From a virus, in IMG/VR virus record IMGVR_UViG_3300011980_000002, positions 96,001 to 160,000 of that record: a stretch of 64,000 nucleotides of DNA, one strand, 5' to 3'. Below the pieces are notes generated by a model that saw nothing but the letters and a program-made list of their open reading frames with translations, was not told the origin of the DNA and did not search any database. The translations under genes were made by a program, and so were the position numbers. The first letter of the stretch is position 1. Every line of letters starts with the position of its first letter. Positions 57,608-64,000 of this stretch are shown here, in pieces.

Positions 57608-59722
57608 ATGAAAAAAATTATAGATAGTGAATTTATTAAGAAATATAAAGAAAGAATGATATCATCTATTAAATCCATAGACACGGATATAGATGAAGAG
57701 AGATTAAATAATATTATTAATAAAGAAATTACAGATAAAATACAGATACCTATGTTGTATCTTAATAATAATTATACTGGAGAAAATAAAGATGCTAGTT
57801 TATTATCTGTACTAGATTGGATAATGACATCTAATACAATTAAAGCTGGTAATGGTACTTTTTATAAACCACATTATGAAGCATTAAATCCTAATGGTGT
57901 CATGCTAGATACAATTTTATTAGATAGGAAAGCTGATAAGAAAGCATTATTTAAAGTAGAAGATAATACATCTTATGAATACATTAGATTAGATAGAAGT
58001 CAGTTAAATCATAAGATAAATGCTAATAGTTATTATGGAGCCAGTGGATTAAAAAGTAGTGCTTTTTATAGTGAATATAGTGGACCTGCTACTACATTAA
58101 CAGCACAACAGATTATTGCTACTACAGAAAATACATTTGAAGCATTTATACATGATAATTATCAATTCTTTGACTTAAATGAATTATTTGATTGGTTATA
58201 TGGGATTAATAATAATTTACCTGAAGAAATTGATGATTGGTTAACTGAGATAAATAGAGATATTCTTATAGATAGATTATATAATAAAATCCTTAATCAT
58301 AAAGATATGGATAAAACCATTATATCTAATTATGTAAATAGACTAAGTTCTAAAATGGTATCATATATCTATTATAAGAATAATTTAATAGAGTTTATTA
58401 AAGACCATGATAATATTATTAAATTATACAAGAAGGTCTTTAGAGATGTACTTAATCTCTCATATATAACTGGTATTAAAGAAATTAATGAATATAAAGA
58501 GAAATATAATGGTATTATAGATTTCTCAAATATAAGTACTGTTAAAGAGATGAATAATTATATTAATAAATTATTCTTTATGGACCCAAATGATGTCCCA
58601 TTTAATATAAAAAATACTATAGAGGAATTTAATAAGTATTTAGTTAAATATGTATATTGTAGATATTTACCATTTGATAGGATTTATAGATTAAGGAATT
58701 TTAAAAGAAAAGTCGTTATGGTAATAGATACAGACTCTAATATATTAGCATTAGATGATTGGGTTAAATTTGTTAAATCTACTATATTAGAAAATAATGA
58801 TTATGGAAGAAATAGTATGAATAATGATTTTATTATTATTAATAGTATTACTTATACTCTTACAGATATTACTAAAGATATATTAAAGACCTACTGTATT
58901 GCTTCTAATATACCTGATGATTATCATAGGTATATTAATATGAAGAATGAGTTCTTTTTCTCATTATTAGCAATCGGTACTGCTAAGAAAAGATACATTT
59001 CTAAGATAATACTAAGAGAAGGTAATTTATTATCTAAACCTAAGATAGATGTTAAAGGATTTGATTTTATTAAATCTACTACTTCTAAAGAGTCTGAAGA
59101 ATTCTTTATGGGAGTTATTAAGAGAAGAATTATAGATGGTGAAATAGATACTATGGGTATGTTAAATGATTTAAAAGAATATGGTAATAGTATAAGAGAT
59201 TCTTTATTAAGAGGAGAATTAAAATATCTTCCAATTATTAATGTAAAAGATTTATCTGCTTATAAAAATCCTAAATCAATGCAAGCTGTTAAAGCTTATT
59301 TATTATGGGATATGATAAATCCAGATAAAGAAATCGAATTACCATCTAAACCCAAACTACTTAGTCTACTTATATCAGATGAAACAGATTTAGAGAGAAT
59401 TAAAGATACTTATCCCAATGAATACTCTATAATTATGGATAAAGTATTTAATGATAATAGTGGATATTTCGTAGAGAGTAAAACTACTAATGGTAAAACT
59501 GTAATAAAGAAAAAAGGTATTAAAGTATTAGCAATACCGAGTAATTTAGAAATCCCTAAATGGTGTATGGAGTTTATTGATTATGATACCATGGTAAACA
59601 AAATACTAGCACCATTCTTACCCGTACTTAAAATATTTGGTATTCATGAGGTTAATGTTGGTAAGAGTAAAGGTAATATAGATAGAAAGAGTAAGAAGAT
59701 TACTAATATAATCAAATTCTAA
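57608..59722 (+). CDS. Family B DNA polymerase, C-terminal fragment (fingers, palm, thumb)
   Basis: Contains motif B KINANSYYGASG, motif C VMVIDTDSN, and the KKRY motif GTAKKRYISK. Neither the exonuclease domain nor motif A is present. Confidence 0.85.
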   Translation: MKKIIDSEFIKKYKERMISSIKSIDTDIDEERLNNIINKEITDKIQIPMLYLNNNYTGENKDASLLSVLDWIMTSNTIKAGNGTFYKPHYEALNPNGVMLDTILLDRKADKKALFKVEDNTSYEYIRLDRSQLNHKINANSYYGASGLKSSAFYSEYSGPATTLTAQQIIATTENTFEAFIHDNYQFFDLNELFDWLYGINNNLPEEIDDWLTEINRDILIDRLYNKILNHKDMDKTIISNYVNRLSSKMVSYIYYKNNLIEFIKDHDNIIKLYKKVFRDVLNLSYITGIKEINEYKEKYNGIIDFSNISTVKEMNNYINKLFFMDPNDVPFNIKNTIEEFNKYLVKYVYCRYLPFDRIYRLRNFKRKVVMVIDTDSNILALDDWVKFVKSTILENNDYGRNSMNNDFIIINSITYTLTDITKDILKTYCIASNIPDDYHRYINMKNEFFFSLLAIGTAKKRYISKIILREGNLLSKPKIDVKGFDFIKSTTSKESEEFFMGVIKRRIIDGEIDTMGMLNDLKEYGNSIRDSLLRGELKYLPIINVKDLSAYKNPKSMQAVKAYLLWDMINPDKEIELPSKPKLLSLLISDETDLERIKDTYPNEYSIIMDKVFNDNSGYFVESKTTNGKTVIKKKGIKVLAIPSNLEIPKWCMEFIDYDTMVNKILAPFLPVLKIFGIHEVNVGKSKGNIDRKSKKITNIIKF

Positions 59723-59740
59723 AGAAAGGAAAATAGTGAT

Positions 59741-60007
59741 ATGAGTAATAATAATGATGTTATATTAGAAGATGTAGTATTCGATGATGAATTAAGTAAT
59801 AATAATGAAAAGCCTGTGAATGCAGAAGTTATTTATAACACACAATGTCCAATATGTGGTAAAATTGGAAAAAAAGTAAGAGAGATTTATAAAGTAAGAG
59901 GATTTCTTAAAAAAAGACATTTTCTTATTGGATATAAATCAGTATGTAATAGTTGTGGTTTTATTGGGAAATATTCTGCATATCGTGAATTAGACGGTAT
60001 CTCATAA
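59741..60007 (+). CDS. Small zinc-ribbon protein
   Basis: 88 aa with CPICG...CNSCG. Confidence 0.6.
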   Translation: MSNNNDVILEDVVFDDELSNNNEKPVNAEVIYNTQCPICGKIGKKVREIYKVRGFLKKRHFLIGYKSVCNSCGFIGKYSAYRELDGIS

Positions 60008-60060
60008 AAAGACAATAATTTAAAGAATATTAAAAAATAAGAAAGGAAAACTATGTAGTT

Positions 60061-60804
60061 ATGGCATTATATGCGTATGAGTTTGATCCGATACCAAAAG
60101 ATGTAGAAATCTTTCTATCGGATGAACCTCTTAATTTGTTAAAATCACAAATACAGAACCAATTTAATTCTAATAATGATAATAAGTACGACTATGTAAG
60201 TTCATTTATTGAGAATTATAATTATTCTGTATTACAGATAGAAGATGAATATGACAGTCAAGAATTAGAAAGACTGTCTACAGATTTTATTCTCTATATG
60301 GTAAATTTATTCAGGACATTTTTAGATATAGAGATTAATAATACTGATACAATGAGTATGAGTATGATATTAGACATAATACATATGACTTATAGATATT
60401 TTATTCTTAATAAGAAGAAGAATGTCTATAATGTATGTAGGAATTATATAGATAATTATTATGATAATATAATATCTATATATAATAAGAAAAATGGAAT
60501 GACAGCTTCACTTATAGTAAATGAAATTGGTTGCAGTGAAGAAGATGCTATTATTATAACTAATCTTAATGAGATAATAAAAGATATTATATCAATGGAT
60601 GCATTAACCGTAGATGATTTCTTAAAATATTCTATATATAATAAACCTATATTAGAATCAGATTTAATGATAGAATATTTTGAAGATTTTACATTAGTAG
60701 GAAATTTTGTTAAGAGCTATATGAATTTAGTCAGTGATGATTTAATTAAAGAAGTAGAATCTAAATTAAGAATTAAGCTAATGAAGAAATTAGCTAATAA
60801 ATAA
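60061..60804 (+). CDS. Hypothetical protein
   Basis: 247-aa ORF with a GAAAGGA RBS. Confidence 0.6.
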   Translation: MALYAYEFDPIPKDVEIFLSDEPLNLLKSQIQNQFNSNNDNKYDYVSSFIENYNYSVLQIEDEYDSQELERLSTDFILYMVNLFRTFLDIEINNTDTMSMSMILDIIHMTYRYFILNKKKNVYNVCRNYIDNYYDNIISIYNKKNGMTASLIVNEIGCSEEDAIIITNLNEIIKDIISMDALTVDDFLKYSIYNKPILESDLMIEYFEDFTLVGNFVKSYMNLVSDDLIKEVESKLRIKLMKKLANK

Positions 60805-60835
60805 AATTAATTATATAGGAAAGGAAATAATAATT

Positions 60836-61558
60836 ATGTTTGGAAGAACCAGTAATCAATCAAATGATGGAGTAAATGTAAATACAACTTTTAAAACCTT
60901 TTTCAGTAGTCTATCATCACTATCAATTGGTGGATGGAATACGCAGTTATCAATTAAGATAACTCCAGTAAGTGGGATAGACCAAGGTGGTCAAAGACAA
61001 TATGATACTAAGAGAAGAGCTAATACTGCATTAACTCCAGAAAAAGCATTTACATTGATAGATGGAATTAATGCTGTTATATTACCTGAAGTAAATAATA
61101 ATAGTGAGAATGAAGTATCTGTAGCAGTATCTATGGGAACTGCTGAAAAGAAGAATGTATTAGCAGTAGAATATAAGAAAGATAGTGAAACTAATAATAT
61201 GGGATTATTCTTAACTTTATATCAGATGATAAAAGAAGATAATTCTACTGACCCATCTAATATATATTCATATAAGTTTGGTACTAATACTTATGTTACT
61301 AATTATAATCCAAAAGATGGAAGTTTTGGTAAAGAAGAGAATGTTAATTCAGAATTTATGTTGTTTTATGATATGGTAAAAAATATAAGTAATATGCTAC
61401 CAATATCAGCTCATGGTAATAAGTATGCTAATACATTATCATCTAAGTATTCTAAGTTTAATGATACTACTAATACATCAAATAGTAATAATAGCTATGA
61501 AGCTCCAGTAACTAATTTTGGTACTGATAGCTTAGATGATATGATGCCATTCTCATAG
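60836..61558 (+). CDS. Possible single-stranded DNA-binding protein
   Basis: Sits in a replication-gene neighbourhood. It has an S/N-rich linker and an acidic C-terminal tip, DSLDDMMPFS, which resembles the SSB DDDIPF tail. Confidence 0.4.
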   Translation: MFGRTSNQSNDGVNVNTTFKTFFSSLSSLSIGGWNTQLSIKITPVSGIDQGGQRQYDTKRRANTALTPEKAFTLIDGINAVILPEVNNNSENEVSVAVSMGTAEKKNVLAVEYKKDSETNNMGLFLTLYQMIKEDNSTDPSNIYSYKFGTNTYVTNYNPKDGSFGKEENVNSEFMLFYDMVKNISNMLPISAHGNKYANTLSSKYSKFNDTTNTSNSNNSYEAPVTNFGTDSLDDMMPFS

Positions 61559-61595
61559 AATATAAAGAATATTAAGAAAGGTAACTTATTTTATT

Positions 61596-62423
61596 ATGAT
61601 TAATAATCCTAATATAAAATATGTACCATTTGAAAACCTAGGTCCAAATGAACGAGCAGTCATTAATTCTACAGATACAGTATTTACCGGTAGTAAATGC
61701 TTATTTGTAGAATATATGGACCTAATAAGATGTCCTTGGTATGTGTTATTAATGGTAATAACACAGAATGAAAAAATGAAGACATTTATTAAGACAGAAA
61801 AAATAGAATATATGGATAGAGACCAGTTATTCGAGTGGTACTGTAGAAGAGAAAATAAAAACTTTTTACTCGATTTGGCTAGGACTGGACCTGCATATGA
61901 GACAATAGATTTTGACAAAATACTAGATTTTATTATTAATAGTGATAAAATGTATTTTGAAGTGGATACTAAACTTAATATGTGTGGTGTTATAGCTGAA
62001 CTATTAAGAACTAAAGTATGTGATAAAATTATAGTATGGACACCAGAACCAATCGAGTATGTATATAATGATTTAGAATTATTATTTTTTAGAAAAGATG
62101 CCGTTGGATATTATTATGGAGATTTTAAAGATACTATTAAAAAACTCCCTACAGATATAACTTATTTCTTTTCAGATATAACACATGTTATAGACTTAGA
62201 AGAAATAGATAGACTTAATATGGCATCTATAGCAATTCCATATGAGTATGATTATAATTTCATTATGGATAGTGAAGGTAATAGAAAGCCTGTAATAGAT
62301 TTAGATTATTTTGCAGAAAATAATGTATTTAAGATAAATTACTTTAATGCAATTCCTACTACAGATTTACAACCAAATCCAAATAATATATCGGTAGAAG
62401 ATGCAATAGAGTTTAATAATTAA
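61596..62423 (+). CDS. Hypothetical protein
   Basis: 275-aa ORF with a GAAAGGT RBS. Confidence 0.6.
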   Translation: MINNPNIKYVPFENLGPNERAVINSTDTVFTGSKCLFVEYMDLIRCPWYVLLMVITQNEKMKTFIKTEKIEYMDRDQLFEWYCRRENKNFLLDLARTGPAYETIDFDKILDFIINSDKMYFEVDTKLNMCGVIAELLRTKVCDKIIVWTPEPIEYVYNDLELLFFRKDAVGYYYGDFKDTIKKLPTDITYFFSDITHVIDLEEIDRLNMASIAIPYEYDYNFIMDSEGNRKPVIDLDYFAENNVFKINYFNAIPTTDLQPNPNNISVEDAIEFNN

Positions 62424-62450
62424 AATGGAAAGGAATATAGTAAAAGAATT

Positions 62451-64000
62451 ATGAGAATATTAGGTAATTATGAGTATGATGAAAAAGAAGGAATGCTAAT
62501 AGAAACTGATGAAGTACATCCTTCTTTAGATATATCAAAAGAACCGATGATAAATATAATGAGTGATACAGAGTTTCAAAAAAGAGTTGCTACAGTATTT
62601 CAGATGATATCTGATGTATTAGAAAAATCATATGGACCATATGGGTCATCTTCTATTATAGAAAATTATCCTTATCATTATATGACTAAAGATGGATTTT
62701 CTATAATGAAATATATCTCATTATCTAAGAAGTATAATATCATTGATGATGCAATTAGAGGATTAATCGTTGGTCCGTGTAATAAGTTAAACTTCTTAGT
62801 AGGAGATGGAACTACTACTGCTATATTAGCTACTAATAAGATATATCAATCTTATATGGATAAATATAATGATATATTAGACTTTAGAGTTCCGCCTAGA
62901 GATATAATGAAATCATATAATAAGGTAAAAGACTTAATCATTAAAGAGTTAGATAATGAAACAGAAAAAGTTAATGTGGAAAATCATGATGAGATGGTTA
63001 ATATCATTAATAAGATAGCCTATATAACTTCTAATGGTGATGAAGAAATTACTAAATTATTTACCGAGTTATATGATGAATTAGGATATCCTATTATAGA
63101 TGTAGTAAAAGCTCCTGATGGAATTACTAAGAAGAAGATTATAGATGGTTATCATTACGATCTGATACTTAAAGATGCTATTTATGTTAATAGTGATGAT
63201 AGAAGTGCTACTTATAAGAATATGGATGTTATTATGATAGACCATAAAGTAAGTGCAGATATATTCAATCATATATTAATCCCTCTTAATAGTGAGTGTG
63301 CTTTTAATAATAGACATCTTTTAGTAATAGCACCATCTTATGATGATGTAGCTATGCTAAGAATGAGACAGTTATTATTAGACGAGTATAAACAGACTCA
63401 CGATGTTAATATGGTTCTTACTGTAGCGAATATTAATTTTGCTAATAATAGAGATTGTTATGATGATTTAGCAATGCTACTTAATACTACTATATTAACA
63501 AGAACTATGGTAGCAGATATTATCAAATTTACCACAGAAAATGATGGTGTTAAAATATCTAATATAATAGATATCAATAATAGAAATATTAAAGACATAT
63601 CTATTACAGTTAAGCATATTGATGATAATGAATATATTAATGATGATATGATTACTAAGACTATTGATAATGGGGAAATATCAGATGATGTAAGAATACC
63701 ATTATTTGATGAATTTAATATTAGATGCGGATTTGTTGGTAATGTAAGAATTAGCATGGAAGAATCTGATGGTAGTGTTTTTAATGATTTGATATATGAT
63801 AAAGAAATATATAATAGAACCATTAAAAATATCGAGGTAGATTTAGAAGAATCTATTAGAAAAAATGAAAACCTTGGTACTCTGGACTTCCACTCTGATA
63901 GAATAAGAACCAGATTATTTAAACTTAAAATGAAGATTGGTAGTATAGAAGTTGGTGGAGTTTCTCAGTTATCTATCGACATGTTAAAAGACTCCGTTGA
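62451..64000 (+). CDS. GroEL/Cpn60-like chaperonin (partial, runs off the window)
   Basis: The ATG at 62451 has ATGGAAAGGA upstream, and the frame is open to the window end. Contains SYGPYGSS..MTKDGFSIMKYI and the GDGTTTAILA nucleotide-binding signature. It is absent from the ORF track because there is no stop codon in the window. Confidence 0.8.
   Translation, partial: MRILGNYEYDEKEGMLIETDEVHPSLDISKEPMINIMSDTEFQKRVATVFQMISDVLEKSYGPYGSSSIIENYPYHYMTKDGFSIMKYISLSKKYNIIDDAIRGLIVGPCNKLNFLVGDGTTTAILATNKIYQSYMDKYNDILDFRVPPRDIMKSYNKVKDLIIKELDNETEKVNVENHDEMVNIINKIAYITSNGDEEITKLFTELYDELGYPIIDVVKAPDGITKKKIIDGYHYDLILKDAIYVNSDDRSATYKNMDVIMIDHKVSADIFNHILIPLNSECAFNNRHLLVIAPSYDDVAMLRMRQLLLDEYKQTHDVNMVLTVANINFANNRDCYDDLAMLLNTTILTRTMVADIIKFTTENDGVKISNIIDINNRNIKDISITVKHIDDNEYINDDMITKTIDNGEISDDVRIPLFDEFNIRCGFVGNVRISMEESDGSVFNDLIYDKEIYNRTIKNIEVDLEESIRKNENLGTLDFHSDRIRTRLFKLKMKIGSIEVGGVSQLSIDMLKDSV

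Noticed and set aside
1-64000. CRISPR arrays, tRNA genes and rRNA genes.
   Set aside because: I saw no regularly spaced direct repeats and no cloverleaf-compatible G+C-rich segments of about 75 nt with a GTTCRANYC T-loop. The only G+C-richer non-coding patches are explained by the IS tails and the intron core, apart from the 56.5-kb region. That region does not fold as a tRNA. This was a visual scan only, so tRNAscan or Infernal should confirm it.

Overview
This is a very AT-rich, densely coding phage segment, most consistent with a jumbo myovirus of a low-G+C host (Shine-Dalgarno GAAAGGA / AAAGGAG). I recognise these products:
- a family B DNA polymerase encoded as two distant fragments (1-488 and 57608-59722);
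- a tail sheath and tube block;
- an Mre11/SbcD nuclease;
- NAD-dependent DNA ligase, dUTPase and an SF2 helicase;
- an SSB-like protein and a GroEL-like chaperonin that runs off the 3' edge;
- a polyphosphate kinase (PPK1);
- the N-terminal half of a multisubunit RNA polymerase beta-like subunit, interrupted by a group I intron that carries an HNH homing endonuclease.

The most unusual locus is 25.3-30.7 kb. Two intact, diverged TnpB (IS605-family OrfB) elements face outward in inverted orientation and bracket a 2.7-kb cargo. A third, tnpB-less copy of their 3' tail lies at 7.1 kb.

Much of the remainder is a mosaic of single-gene cassettes. Each is bounded by a terminator hairpin and a conserved bipartite promoter (CCGTATTT-N16-TATACTATTTATnTGTAA). 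Several cassette genes are visibly G+C-richer than their surroundings, and three of them share a roughly 30-nt 5' leader.

A tandem paralog family occupies 14.2-18.5 kb. One member is split by an in-frame TGA that is immediately followed by ATG. A possible -1 frameshift extension lies at 55.7 kb. I saw no tRNA, rRNA or CRISPR array. Most ORFs have no function I can assign from sequence alone.
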